This document shows positions 18,759 to 28,801 of a stretch of 64,000 bases of DNA, one piece after another; the first letter of the stretch is position 1; each line of letters opens with the position of its first letter. A model generated the notes under the pieces. The model did not search any database and was not told the DNA's origin. It saw nothing but the letters and a program-made list of their open reading frames with translations. The DNA is from Deltaproteobacteria bacterium (lineage in GTDB: Bacteria > Myxococcota_A > Polyangia > Polyangiales > Houyiibacteriaceae). Position numbers and translations under genes: made by a program. The DNA is taken from NCBI GenBank assembly GCA_034670305.1, contig JAXMNT010000034.1, positions 1 through 64,000 on the forward strand. Direction: 5' to 3'.

Positions 18759-19901
18759 ATGAAGTTTGTTGATTTGGCGGTGCGTCTGGCGCTGATCGCA
18801 TTGGTTGTCGGGTCGCAAGGGTGTCGTGAATGCCGGTATGACTCCGACTGTCCTGGCGACACGGTTTGTGATTTCGATCGTTGCGTCGCATGCGATTCGG
18901 ACGGGGACTGCGGGGCCGGTCGCGTCTGCACGACGGACAACCACTGTGTCGAATGCGAATACTCATTCGACTGCGCCGCTGGAGAACGGTGCACGGCGAA
19001 CGTGTGCACCGGGGGCTGTCTCGACGGTTGCGCTCCGGGCCTGACCTGTGTGGCCGACCGTTGCATCGGCGGGTGTGGCGATGGGGTCTGCAGTGAAGAG
19101 AACTGCTCGACCTGCCCAGCCGACTGCGGGCCCTGCGGCGGATGCGGCGACGGCATCTGCAGTGGCGAGGACTGCACCTCCTGCCCGGCCGACTGTGGGG
19201 CGTGTGGTGGATGCGGCGACGGCACGTGCACCCCGCCAGAGACGTGTGGCAGTTGTGCCCCGGACTGTGGCGCATGCTCCTCCTGCATGTCCTTCCCACC
19301 GATGCGGTTCTCGGGTTCGGTTCCGTGTGAAGGGCTGACCCCGACCGCACTGGGAGTCGTCAACGACTTGGCCACGGTTTGGGGCACTCAGCCGCGAATC
19401 ATCTGCCGATTCTCCCCCGCGACATACGGGCTTCGCGACCCATGTGGGGGCTTCTTGGATGGCAATACAAGGGCCCGATACTGCGGGTTCGACGACTCCA
19501 TCGCCTACGATGCGTCGTTCTTGGATCAGGAGGTCAGTCGCCACGGGCAGTTCGCGGCGGTCGCGATCTTGGCCCACGAGTGGGGCCACGCCCACCAGGC
19601 GCGGGCGGGTCTCTTCAACCCTGGTCGGACGACGTTCCAGAACGAGCAGCACGCCGACTGTCAGGCCGGCGTGTTCGCCGCGGTGGCGCGCATGGCGGGC
19701 GTGCTCGACGAGTCCGATCCCATGGCGGCCTTCGGGTCCCTCTGCGCAGCCTCCGACCCCGCCTACCATCCGGCCGGTCACGGCACGTGCGAACAACGCA
19801 TCAACGCCTTCCGCCACGGGTTCGAGATGGGCCTCGCGCGCATGGACCGGCTCTGCTCGGAGGGCACCTTGTCCCAAGCCCTCGACATCTGCGTGAACTG
19901 A
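18759..19901 (+). CDS. Cys-rich lipoprotein with C-terminal neutral zinc metallopeptidase (YpfJ-like)
   Basis: CGDGxC...CPADCG repeats; ILAHEWGHAHQ, EQHADCQAG, HGTCEQRINAF. Confidence 0.85.
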   Translation: MKFVDLAVRLALIALVVGSQGCRECRYDSDCPGDTVCDFDRCVACDSDGDCGAGRVCTTDNHCVECEYSFDCAAGERCTANVCTGGCLDGCAPGLTCVADRCIGGCGDGVCSEENCSTCPADCGPCGGCGDGICSGEDCTSCPADCGACGGCGDGTCTPPETCGSCAPDCGACSSCMSFPPMRFSGSVPCEGLTPTALGVVNDLATVWGTQPRIICRFSPATYGLRDPCGGFLDGNTRARYCGFDDSIAYDASFLDQEVSRHGQFAAVAILAHEWGHAHQARAGLFNPGRTTFQNEQHADCQAGVFAAVARMAGVLDESDPMAAFGSLCAASDPAYHPAGHGTCEQRINAFRHGFEMGLARMDRLCSEGTLSQALDICVN

Positions 19902-19998
19902 CGCCGACACCGAGCGACCCTGCGATCTGATTCGCGGTTTCGAAGCGGGCATGGCGCCTCGAAACCCCGGGTCGGACAGCAGGCGAACGGCCAGCGGG

Positions 19999-20160
19999 TC
20001 AGTCGGTTTCGATCACACCGCTGCCGCCGCAGCAGCGGCAAGGTTTGAACTTGTCCTCGGGTGCTCCGCAGTCTTCGCACCCGAGCTTGTCGGTGTAGTA
20101 GCTCTCACAGACCGTGCACTGCGCGCCACGGCCTTGGCACTCCTCGCATGTCTCTTCCAT
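19999..20160 (-). CDS. 53-aa Cys-rich zinc-finger protein with DnaJ-type CxxCxGxG motifs
   Basis: MEETCEECQGRG...CTVC...CEDC...CRCCGGSG. Confidence 0.6.
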   Translation of the reverse strand: MEETCEECQGRGAQCTVCESYYTDKLGCEDCGAPEDKFKPCRCCGGSGVIETD

Positions 20161-20269
20161 CGAACGAGTATCTTCGAATCGCGACCGAACAACCACAGCA
20201 ACGCGTGCCCTGTTTGGGCGAGGGGTGGTCGACCTACGGCACACCCGTTCGGCGCGTGAGACGGTCGGC

Positions 20270-20328
20270 CCGAGACGGTTCGGCCCGAGCCGGATCAGCC
20301 CAAGACGGATCAGCCCAAGACGGATCGG
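20270..20328. repeat. Degenerate 15-bp tandem repeat overlapping map stop
   Basis: gacggttcggcccga / gccggatcagcccaa / gacggatcagcccaa units. Confidence 0.7.
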
Positions 20329-21071
20329 GTCATGACGTCGGCGCCGGTGCGGGTGACCACGAGGGTGTGCTCGAACTGGGCAGAGGGGGCGCCGCTGGCT
20401 GTCCGCATGGTCCAGCCGTCGTCGTCGGTCACGATGGCGGACGTGCCGAGCACGACGATGGGTTCGATCGTGAGGGCCATGCCGGCACGGAGTCTGCGGC
20501 CGGTTCCAGGGCGACCGAAGAAGGGGACATGCGGTTCGAGATGCATGGCGCGACCGATGCCGTGACCACCGACTTCGCGGACCACGGAGCAGCCTTCGGA
20601 GCGGGCCAGGGCTTCGACCGCCGCACCGATGTCGCCAAGTCGGACCTGGTCGCGCACCTGCGCGATGCCGATCTCGCAGCATCGCTCTGCGACCGACAAC
20701 ACGTGCGCGCGCTCGGGGCTCAACGGGCCGAGCGCGAACGTCCGGCACGTGTCGCCATGCCAACCGTCGAGGTTGGAGGTCACGTCGACGGACACGATGT
20801 CGCCTGGTTCGAGCACGTCCCGCTCGCTCGGAACGCCGTGGCAGACGATGTCGTTTCGGCTGGTGCAGACGGCCCCCGGAAAGCCGTGGTAGCCGAGTTG
20901 GCTCGGCGCCGCACCGCGGGCTCGGGTGTCCTCTCGGACCAGTCGGTCGATCGCCGCGGTGCTCATGCCGGGGGCGAGCGCGGCGCCGATGTGCGCGAGG
21001 GTCTGTGCCGCGACCTCGCCAGCGCGGCGCAACTTCGCGATGTGTTTCGGGAGCAGACGTTCGATGCCCAT
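20310..21071 (-). CDS. map: Type I methionine aminopeptidase
   Basis: CTSRNDIVCHGVP, DVT...HGDT, GHGIG...H, TIEP, SAQFEHT. Confidence 0.95.
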   Translation of the reverse strand: MGIERLLPKHIAKLRRAGEVAAQTLAHIGAALAPGMSTAAIDRLVREDTRARGAAPSQLGYHGFPGAVCTSRNDIVCHGVPSERDVLEPGDIVSVDVTSNLDGWHGDTCRTFALGPLSPERAHVLSVAERCCEIGIAQVRDQVRLGDIGAAVEALARSEGCSVVREVGGHGIGRAMHLEPHVPFFGRPGTGRRLRAGMALTIEPIVVLGTSAIVTDDDGWTMRTASGAPSAQFEHTLVVTRTGADVMTRSVLG

Positions 21072-21106
21072 GTCTGCTCTATGTCGGCGTCCGCAGCGCC
21101 CGACCA

Positions 21107-21121
21107 ATACCGATTGGGTAT
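21107..21121. promoter_or_regulatory. LysR-type binding box ATAC-N7-GTAT
   Basis: ATAC cgattgg GTAT between divergent map and LysR genes. Confidence 0.7.
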
Positions 21122-21157
21122 GCCTGCGCCGGCACCCTTCTGCGCTATGCTCGCTGG

Positions 21158-21430
21158 GTGAGTTTGTCGCAGCTCGAGGGCTTCGTCGCCATCGTCGAAG
21201 AAGGCAGCGTGGGACGCGCCGCCAAGCGGTTGCATGTCTCGCAGCCGCCGCTCAGCCGGCGACTCCGCAGCCTGGAAGAAGAGCTCGGCGTCTTGCTCCT
21301 CGAACGCCACGCACGGGGCGTGCGCCTGCTTCCAGCGGGCGAGCGGCTGTTGCCCTACGCCCGACAGGTGCTCGCGACCATCGATGCGGCGCGCCACGTC
21401 GTGGGCGACGACGTGGGCGACGACGGCTAG
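21158..21430 (+). CDS. LysR-family regulator, HTH and linker helix only (90 aa)
   Basis: LSQLEGFVAIVEEGSVGRAAKRLHVSQPPLSRRLRSLEEELG; stop before any effector domain. Confidence 0.85.
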   Translation: MSLSQLEGFVAIVEEGSVGRAAKRLHVSQPPLSRRLRSLEEELGVLLLERHARGVRLLPAGERLLPYARQVLATIDAARHVVGDDVGDDG

Positions 21431-21712
21431 CTTCCAATCCGGCGAGAGGCGTGGTGCGGTGGTGGTGCGGTGTGGGCCGGCGCCGCCACACGACGCCGCC
21501 ACACGAGGCGCCAAGTTCGGGGATCCGGTTGCCGACGACGTGGACCGCCTGGCTCGCCGCCCCTGGCGCAGTTCGTCGCCGGCTGTCCGCCCGGCCACGC
21601 GTGTCGCGGGATGGGGCTTTTGCGCTGGTGTGCGTGCGCACCGCCGATTCGCGCCAACGGGGTAAGAGCCCTGGGAGGCGCCGGTGGGCCAGTGTGTTGT
21701 CAGGAGGACGAC

Positions 21713-23209
21713 ATGCACATCAACCAGAACCAAGCGCCCACGACCATCACCCACCCGACCCAGAAGGGGCTCGTGCTCTTGGTCACCATCGTCTGCATGA
21801 CGGGCCTGGGCTGCGCGGCGACGCCGTACGAGGGCGACGACCCGGATCTGCTCACCGACTACGCGGGCGAGGACGTCGACCGGCTGCCCGATGCGGTCAG
21901 CGACGACGAAGGCGAGGCCATGGAGCCAACGCTGGAGGATCGCATCGCGGCCGCCGACATGGACGACGACGACCTCGCGGCCGAGTACAACGACCGCGAG
22001 ACGCTGGCCGACGTTCTGGCGATCGCCAACGTCGACACCTTTCACATCGACCCCGAAGAGGAAGCGCTGATCGCCACGTGGGACCGGGAACACGAGGCGA
22101 CGGACCACGCGACGGAGGAGCCGCTCGACCGCGGCGAAGGTCCGTTGGCGAAAGCCGACTACGCCCGCGGGCACATCCTGCGAGTCGACAACGATGGGAC
22201 CGTGGTCGGCTGGGCCTGCGACCGGCGCAACCCTGGGCGTCCGGTCGTGGCGTTGGTCACCGTGCTCAACGACCACGGCGTGCGCATGCGCGCGGCAGTG
22301 CTCGCCGACGAGATGCCGGTCATGACGTGGCAGCGTCGCTGGATCCGCGAACGCTGCGGTGACGAACCGGCGCACCTCTTCCGCATCCAGTTCGATCGCG
22401 AGATCGGGTGCGAGAACCGCGTCGCGCTGACGGTCGTCGGTCACCGGGACCGGCAGCGCTACATGGTTCGGCGCCGGCGGCTTCGCTGCGGCCCGATCGG
22501 AGACGTCCTGGGCTTCAACGTGAACCAGCGGAGGCTCCGAGCGATCCGAGGTTGGGCGTGTGACCAGGAGCGCCCCAGCGGACAGGTCCGGATCACGGTG
22601 GAGAGCTCCCGCTCCGGCGAACTCCGAGACCGCCGCACCAACACCGCACACGGCCGCGAAGTGCACGTCCGGTGTCTCGGGGGTCAGCGCCACCGCTTCG
22701 AGCTCGACTTCGACCGGAGCCCGCCCCCATGCGGCACGACGGAGACCATCCGGGTGTATGCCCACAACCTCGGTGAACGCGGTCCGAACCGAGTGCTGAT
22801 TGGCAAACGCCGGATCGAAGGCAACTCGTGTGGCCCAGTCGGCTACGGCAACGACTACTCCGCGGGCGCGCCGACGTGGGGTGGCTGCCGCTACGTGACC
22901 GACGAGGTCGTGCGCATCGTCGCCTCCAACGGCGGCTACCCGGTCACGTCGCGCAAGCGCACCGAGACGTTCGGCAACCCGTCGTCCGACCACCACGTCT
23001 CCAACAGCCGCGCGGACGCCGTCGACTTTGGCACTGCCAACAACTACGGCCTCGCGCAGACCATCCGCTCCCGCCTGTCCGGCGGCACCCACCGCGAGTA
23101 CGAGACGTTCACCATCCGGCGCGACGGACACACCTTCCGAGGACAGCTGATCGCCGGAACCCACGGCACCGGGCCGCACCTGCACTTCGGCTGTCAGCGG
23201 GTCGACTGA
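21713..23209 (+). CDS. Lipoprotein with two GWACD repeats and C-terminal LAS-type (M15/M23-like) metallopeptidase
   Basis: AGGAGG RBS; LGC lipobox; TSRKR...SDH...AVDF...HLHFG. Confidence 0.75.
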   Translation: MHINQNQAPTTITHPTQKGLVLLVTIVCMTGLGCAATPYEGDDPDLLTDYAGEDVDRLPDAVSDDEGEAMEPTLEDRIAAADMDDDDLAAEYNDRETLADVLAIANVDTFHIDPEEEALIATWDREHEATDHATEEPLDRGEGPLAKADYARGHILRVDNDGTVVGWACDRRNPGRPVVALVTVLNDHGVRMRAAVLADEMPVMTWQRRWIRERCGDEPAHLFRIQFDREIGCENRVALTVVGHRDRQRYMVRRRRLRCGPIGDVLGFNVNQRRLRAIRGWACDQERPSGQVRITVESSRSGELRDRRTNTAHGREVHVRCLGGQRHRFELDFDRSPPPCGTTETIRVYAHNLGERGPNRVLIGKRRIEGNSCGPVGYGNDYSAGAPTWGGCRYVTDEVVRIVASNGGYPVTSRKRTETFGNPSSDHHVSNSRADAVDFGTANNYGLAQTIRSRLSGGTHREYETFTIRRDGHTFRGQLIAGTHGTGPHLHFGCQRVD

Positions 23210-23374
23210 CCGACTCGGCGGGCCGCAGCGCAGGTCGCGCATTCCTCGATGCCGTTGCACGGCGTCGAGGGGTGCGCGGCGCGCGTCGTGGGCCGGACGG
23301 GAGCCCTGCGAAACTTCTACTTCTTCGCCATGGGGACCTTGCCGACGGGGATCAACCGCCTGACACTGCGGGCT

Positions 23375-23740
23375 GTGAAACCGGTCCTGACATGGCTCCT
23401 CTGGGGACTCCTCAGCGCCGGCGCGCTGTTCGGGCTCGCCGGCGAGGGTCCGGCGCCGGTCGACGAGGCACAGACGTGGCTGACCCAGAGTCGGCCCGAT
23501 GTCTCGGTCGCGTCGCCGGCCGAGGTCACCGGCCTGCTGGTGCGGGCACCGGAACCGGCGCGACAACCGCACGACCTCCGCAAGGTCTCGGTTCGCGCGT
23601 CCCGCTTGCTGCCGAACCCGCGCCGCTCCGTGGTCTGTCGCGCCGGTGCGAAGGCGCGACGCGGGCGGCCTTGGGCGCGCCACGGCACACACATCCCACG
23701 CATGAACGACGAACCTCCCCCAGGCCGCGCGCCGCGTTAG
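23375..23740 (+). CDS. Small hypothetical secreted protein
   Basis: GTG start, hydrophobic leader; weak support. Confidence 0.4.
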   Translation: MKPVLTWLLWGLLSAGALFGLAGEGPAPVDEAQTWLTQSRPDVSVASPAEVTGLLVRAPEPARQPHDLRKVSVRASRLLPNPRRSVVCRAGAKARRGRPWARHGTHIPRMNDEPPPGRAPR

Positions 23741-23816
23741 ACACCTCTCTCGCGGCGCCCCCTTGGTTCGAACCATTCATGCAACCGCCGCCTCGGCGGC
23801 ATGGGAGTGATCCATC

Positions 23817-24086
23817 ATGCGACCCGCAAAAACACGTGCCACCTCGGGCACGAAAGAAACGATCCATCTGTTCGCGGACCCCACGTTCGTTCCCCAGGAC
23901 GACGAAGGGTTGGCGGCCGACGCACGGCGCGAACGACGCGCCGCGCGGCGGCGAGAGCGCGAGACCGAAGTCGAGAACCCGTTCCCGTCCATCGAGAACG
24001 AGGTGAGCGCGATCTACCCGATCCTCTGGCTCGGCGTACCGCTCGTCCTGGTCATCGTCTGGGCCCTGGTCGGAGGCGGGACCTAG
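23817..24086 (+). CDS. Small protein with C-terminal TM helix
   Basis: ILWLGVPLVLVIVWALV. Confidence 0.55.
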   Translation: MRPAKTRATSGTKETIHLFADPTFVPQDDEGLAADARRERRAARRRERETEVENPFPSIENEVSAIYPILWLGVPLVLVIVWALVGGGT

Positions 24087-24262
24087 CCCACCTCGCTGTC
24101 CGAGGCCGGCTGTCGGCGGGTACTTCCGAGTGCCCGTCGGCAGCCGACCTGCGGCCCGTCGGGCCGTCTTGACGCGGTTCTTCGCGAACGCCCGTCCAAC
24201 GGTCGCTTGCGGCCTCGAGGCGCGGGACCTCGGCGGCGATGAGGTCGAGTACACTTCCGCCC

Positions 24263-25366
24263 ATGACGTCCCGCTCGTGGGTACTGGTCGCGTGCGCGGT
24301 CTGTGCCGCCGCTTGCAGCGACGGGACCGAGACCTCGAGCTCGACCGCCGAACCCGCTTCGGTTCCCCAAGACGAGCCGGCCGAACGCTCGACGGTGGCG
24401 ACGGGCCCGGCCGCGGAGGAGAACCCGGAGGGTTCCGAAGGCGACCGCCACGCAGAGTTGTGTCCATCGATCGTGCTCGACGAGTCGCCCCCGCTGCGGG
24501 TGCGGGCAGCCCCAAACGGCACGGCCGAAGTCGTCGGCGAGCTGGTCAACGGTTCGCTGGTCGAAGTGACACGCACCGTGCGCGGCTGGGCACGCATCGA
24601 AGCGCCGCACGCGGGCTGGGTGTATCGGCGGCCGCTCTACGATACGTGCGACAACACAGCCGCCGCGCCCGCGCTCGTGCTCGGCTCGAGAACCTACGTC
24701 CTGCTCGAGTCTTGGCGTGAGGTCAGCGATGTTCGCGGACCAGTTCTGGAAGGTGGGGTCGGGGTGTTCGGCGCGATGGAGTTCCGCATGCGCAGGAGCC
24801 AACCTCTGCCACCGACCCCGGTGACGCTCTTGTCCGCACTGGGCGCTTGCGCGGGCTTCGGGGACGAGCGGGTGGAGATCGGTGCGCACTGCCCGGAGTT
24901 CGGCCACGCGGCGTTTGCCCTCGTGGTGCATAGGTGCCCGTTGTTGCAGGCTGAACACTTTGGGGAGGAGGAGCGCGCCCCGTTTGCGGTCGCGGTCTTC
25001 GGTCGACACCCGGACGCCCGACTCGAGGACTGGCCAAGCACCGAGGCCTCGGTGAGCGATGGACAACGACAGGTGCTCGCGTCGCGCGACGACGCGCGAG
25101 ACACCACACCCGAGGCGCGTCAACTCGGCTCGGATCTCTTCTGGGTCCAATCCGAACTGCAGGCTTGGCTCTTCCACCGCGACACCCTGCTCGCGCCGCT
25201 CGCGGTGGCCGACCCACCGCGCCATGTCGTATCGAACGGTCGGCACCTGGTCGCCGTCGGGCGCTCCGGCTTTCACAGCTATGGGCTGTTCATGATCCCC
25301 CGCCGTCCCCTACCGGGCAACGTCCGAACCGTCCACTACCCAAACGCAACCTGCGGCGCGTTCTGA
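24263..25366 (+). CDS. Lipoprotein with bacterial SH3-like domain
   Basis: PLRVRAAPNGTAEVVGELVNG...GWARI...GWV. Confidence 0.75.
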   Translation: MTSRSWVLVACAVCAAACSDGTETSSSTAEPASVPQDEPAERSTVATGPAAEENPEGSEGDRHAELCPSIVLDESPPLRVRAAPNGTAEVVGELVNGSLVEVTRTVRGWARIEAPHAGWVYRRPLYDTCDNTAAAPALVLGSRTYVLLESWREVSDVRGPVLEGGVGVFGAMEFRMRRSQPLPPTPVTLLSALGACAGFGDERVEIGAHCPEFGHAAFALVVHRCPLLQAEHFGEEERAPFAVAVFGRHPDARLEDWPSTEASVSDGQRQVLASRDDARDTTPEARQLGSDLFWVQSELQAWLFHRDTLLAPLAVADPPRHVVSNGRHLVAVGRSGFHSYGLFMIPRRPLPGNVRTVHYPNATCGAF

Positions 25367-25756
25367 TTCGCCGAGCGATCGGTGTCAGGCGTTCAAACGT
25401 CCACCGGTTCGAGTCATGTGCGTCAACCCGGGCGGCGCACCACGCTCAGCCGGATCAGCCGACCGGTCTCGATCCCGTAGATCCACGTGGTGCGACCCGA
25501 GCCACAGATGCGCAGTCCCTCCCGGGCGTCGTCGTGGCAGGTCGTCCCGTCCGCGGGTGCGGGAGGATGGGCCGGATCGATGCGGACCCCATCGCGCCAG
25601 AGGGCGCCCATGAAGTACTGGCGAGGGCGCCCGGCATCTCCGAGCATGCGGAGCACGGGATCCTGCGCGAAGTAGATCGTGAGCCCAGAGCCATGTTCGC
25701 AAGTACGCGGACCGCCCTCCAGACCTTCCGAACGATCGCTGTGGGGGTGCGCACGG

Positions 25757-26872
25757 TCAGCGCGACAGTCGGTCGAGCACGGCCGCGACGGCGTCGAGCT
25801 GGGCGCGCCCAAGTCGTTTGCAGCGGCGCGGGGACCAGCCTTCGGGCATCGGCGCGTCGGCGTTGTCCTTGAAGGGTTGCTCGAGCGTCATCGCCACCGC
25901 GCCGAATGCGTGGGCGATCTGGTTCGTGCACATCGTCAGGTTCGCTTTGCCGACCGGCGATCGGGGGTATCCATGCTTCGTCTGAAAGTCTGGGCACGCG
26001 CGCACGAGCGCCTCGCAGTACACATCCCGTAGCTGCAGCACGTGGTCGGGCAGACCCGCGACTCCGTCCGGGCCTGCGATGAAGTTGTAGGGGAGCGCCT
26101 CGTCCCCGTGCACGTCCAGACAGAGCGCGACCCCGGCTTCTTCCATGCGCGCCTTCACCAGCGCGACCTCGGGCTCGGTGTCCATCTGAGGTTCGTGCCA
26201 GACCCGGTTCAGGTTCTTGCCGGCCGCGTTCGTCCGGAGATGACCGCGGCGGCTTCCGTCGGGGTTCATGTTCGGGACCACGTAGAAGGTCGCGTCGCTC
26301 AGCAGCCGCCGTGAGAGCGACTCGGCCGGATCGGTCAGGCGGTCGAGCAGCCCTTCGATGAGCCACTCTGCCATGCTCTCGCCCGGATGCTGGCGGCCGA
26401 TGATCCAGATCGGCGCGGGCCCGTCCCCGACCACGAGCAGGTCCATCGAGTGACCGTCCAGCGTCTCCCCGAGCACTTCGAGCCGTCCGTGCTGCTGCAT
26501 CTGCCCGACGACGCGCTGATGCCGTTCCCAGGCGTAGGGCGCGAAGTAGGCGAACCAGATCGTGTCGTGCGCGACCTCGTGTTCGACGATCAGTTCACCC
26601 TCGTCGTAGCGTGTGTCGACTCGAAACCACGTCCTGCGATCGTACGACGCGCAGGCTCGGTAACCCGGCCAGCCCTTCTCGTAGCTCGCGCCCGCCGCGT
26701 TGAGAATCCGCCAGCAGAGCCGTTGCCCCTTGGCGCCACTGACCCGGAAATGAAACCACTGGTAGTGCTCGTCGCCGACGTCGGGACGGATCTGGAGCCG
26801 AACGTCGTCGGCCTTCGAAGCGTCGACGACGATGATGTTGCCGGAGTCGAAGCGATCACTGACGCGAAGCAT
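25757..26872 (-). CDS. M14-type cytosolic zinc carboxypeptidase
   Basis: FDSGN, WFHF, FAYFAPY, RQHPGE, NPDG, NLNR, LDVHGDE. Confidence 0.93.
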   Translation of the reverse strand: MLRVSDRFDSGNIIVVDASKADDVRLQIRPDVGDEHYQWFHFRVSGAKGQRLCWRILNAAGASYEKGWPGYRACASYDRRTWFRVDTRYDEGELIVEHEVAHDTIWFAYFAPYAWERHQRVVGQMQQHGRLEVLGETLDGHSMDLLVVGDGPAPIWIIGRQHPGESMAEWLIEGLLDRLTDPAESLSRRLLSDATFYVVPNMNPDGSRRGHLRTNAAGKNLNRVWHEPQMDTEPEVALVKARMEEAGVALCLDVHGDEALPYNFIAGPDGVAGLPDHVLQLRDVYCEALVRACPDFQTKHGYPRSPVGKANLTMCTNQIAHAFGAVAMTLEQPFKDNADAPMPEGWSPRRCKRLGRAQLDAVAAVLDRLSR

Positions 26873-26955
26873 GCGCCACCGCTACCAGGTTGAACCTGCG
26901 CTGCCCAGCCAAACCGATCCTTCTGCCATACCCGTGGTCCCCAGTGCTGCCCACG

Positions 26956-28746
26956 CTACAGCGGGGTCGCTTCGATGGCGTGGACGGCGGTGCCGGAGGC
27001 GGCGACTTCGAGGAGCACGTTCACGCCGGGGACCGCGGCTTGGTAGTCGTGGCGGATCGCGGGATCGAGTTCGAAGGTGGTGCGCATCCAGCGCACGACT
27101 CCGTCTTCGTCGGCGGTGCGGGGGAGCGTGGCGCGCAGGTGGTACGCGGCCCCGTCCCACTCCCGGATCGTGGTCGCCGCACTGCTCCGATACGTCAGGC
27201 TCACGACGACGCGTCCGGTGTGCGTGCTCGGTAGGTCGACGAGCAGGTTCGCGTTGAGCGCCGAGGAGGTGCGGGCCGGGAGCGTGAGTCCCGCGGCGAG
27301 GTTCGCGGGCGGGTTCCAGTCCACCGTGTAGAAGCGGGTGCCGCCGGTCTCGTCGGTCGGCAACGCGTCGTCGTCCGGCCCTGCCATCTGCCGCCACCGG
27401 GTGCCTTCGGCGAACGCTGCGGGCCGGCGCGCAAGCAGCATGGCGAGCGCGAGGGTGCGCGCGGAGTCGAGCGTAGCGCCGCTGAGTGCCCGTTCGAAGC
27501 GGCTGAGGTAGCTGGAGAAGAGGATCGAACACGCGGTGTCGAAGACCTCCGGGTCGGCACCAGGGATGTCCCCGTGGGCGCCGAATCCGATGACCGAGGC
27601 ACGCGTCCAAGTCCACTCGCTCTCGCCGCCGCTCGTGCCGTCGACCCGCCCGTTGAGGCGCGCTGGGTTGCCGGCGAAGAGGTTGCCGAGGAGGGTTCGG
27701 GAGACCCCTTGGATCCGGTTCTCCGGCCACCAGCCGCGTCGGCCCGCGAGCGCCATGGCTTGGAGCGTGACCAGTGCGTGGGACGCGTCTTCCGCGCGCC
27801 GTGATCCGGCTGGGTAGCCGTCGTCCGCGTAGTTCCATGCGTAGCCCGTCGTCGGGTTGCCGCGGAGCCGCGCCCACAAGAAGTCTGTGCTGCGCTCTGC
27901 TTGTTCTGCGTGCGCGCTCTCGCCGGTCGCCTCGGCGAGCGCGTCGTGCGCCATCGCGAGCAGCGCGCTCGTGTTGTGCACGGCGATCGCGTCGGCCGGC
28001 GCGGACGAGTACCACCAGTAGTCTCCGTCCGGCGTGCTCGTGAGGTGCGCGTCCCAGCGTCCGATGAGCGCGCGCGCGAAGGCGATCGTGTCGGCGGCGC
28101 GGGGGTCGCCGAGCGCTTGCAGTTCCCGCGCGACGGCTGCGACGCCGTACGCGACCATGCCCGACTGCCACACGTACGCAGTGAACGCGGGGTTGGTGCT
28201 GCCGTCGCCGAACGCGTCCCAGGCGGTGTCGAGACCGAAGGCCGGCGCCGCGCCCGTGGTGCGATCGGCCGCGCCTTCGAGCTCTGCGATCTCACCGAGC
28301 GCCAGATCCAGCAGCTCCGCGCGTTCGGGCAGCGTGTACGCCCGAGCGGCCCGAAGCAGCTCCGCGATGGCTTGCAACAGGTAGCCCTGCGCCGCGCTGT
28401 GACCGTACGTCGCGCCGGTGTCGAGCGCGACGGCGTTGCTGCGCATGCTCGCGATCAACATCGGCAACGTGGACTCGTAAGGGCCGATCGCGAGGTCGGG
28501 AAACGGTGGCACTGGCGGCCCGGCGTCGCTTCCTGCATCGACCTCGGCGTCCTCGACAGCGGCGTCGGTCACGCCGGCGTCGGGGGCGGCATCGTCGTTT
28601 GCGTCGATGACCGCAGCGTCGGCGAATGGTGCGTCGGCGAATGGTGCGTCGGGTGAGGCGTCGCGTGTGCTGGCGTCGCGCACGCCGATCGGATCGGAGC
28701 CGCACGCGACGAGAAGGACGAGGAGCAGACGCCGGAAGAACCGCAC
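26956..28746 (-). CDS. Lipoprotein with probable (alpha/alpha) toroid, glycosidase-like domain
   Basis: LVAC lipobox, DA-rich linker, amphipathic helices with WWYS/WNY/EDxSH motifs. Confidence 0.7.
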   Translation of the reverse strand: MRFFRRLLLVLLVACGSDPIGVRDASTRDASPDAPFADAPFADAAVIDANDDAAPDAGVTDAAVEDAEVDAGSDAGPPVPPFPDLAIGPYESTLPMLIASMRSNAVALDTGATYGHSAAQGYLLQAIAELLRAARAYTLPERAELLDLALGEIAELEGAADRTTGAAPAFGLDTAWDAFGDGSTNPAFTAYVWQSGMVAYGVAAVARELQALGDPRAADTIAFARALIGRWDAHLTSTPDGDYWWYSSAPADAIAVHNTSALLAMAHDALAEATGESAHAEQAERSTDFLWARLRGNPTTGYAWNYADDGYPAGSRRAEDASHALVTLQAMALAGRRGWWPENRIQGVSRTLLGNLFAGNPARLNGRVDGTSGGESEWTWTRASVIGFGAHGDIPGADPEVFDTACSILFSSYLSRFERALSGATLDSARTLALAMLLARRPAAFAEGTRWRQMAGPDDDALPTDETGGTRFYTVDWNPPANLAAGLTLPARTSSALNANLLVDLPSTHTGRVVVSLTYRSSAATTIREWDGAAYHLRATLPRTADEDGVVRWMRTTFELDPAIRHDYQAAVPGVNVLLEVAASGTAVHAIEATPL

Positions 28747-28801
28747 CGGCGAAGTGTACTGCGTTGAAGACGGCGCCGCCGCCGCCAGCGCGGGGAACCC
28801 G

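Noticed and set aside
19929-19975. Hairpin as an integron attC site
   Set aside because: No clear RYYYAAC/GTTRRRY ends and no integrase; more simply a terminator between convergent genes
20963-23776. 937-aa - strand ORF
   Set aside because: Shadow of the LysR gene and the 21713 lipoprotein
25423-25750. Short minus-strand ORF after the carboxypeptidase
   Set aside because: Possibly a gene fragment, but no start signal or recognisable motif
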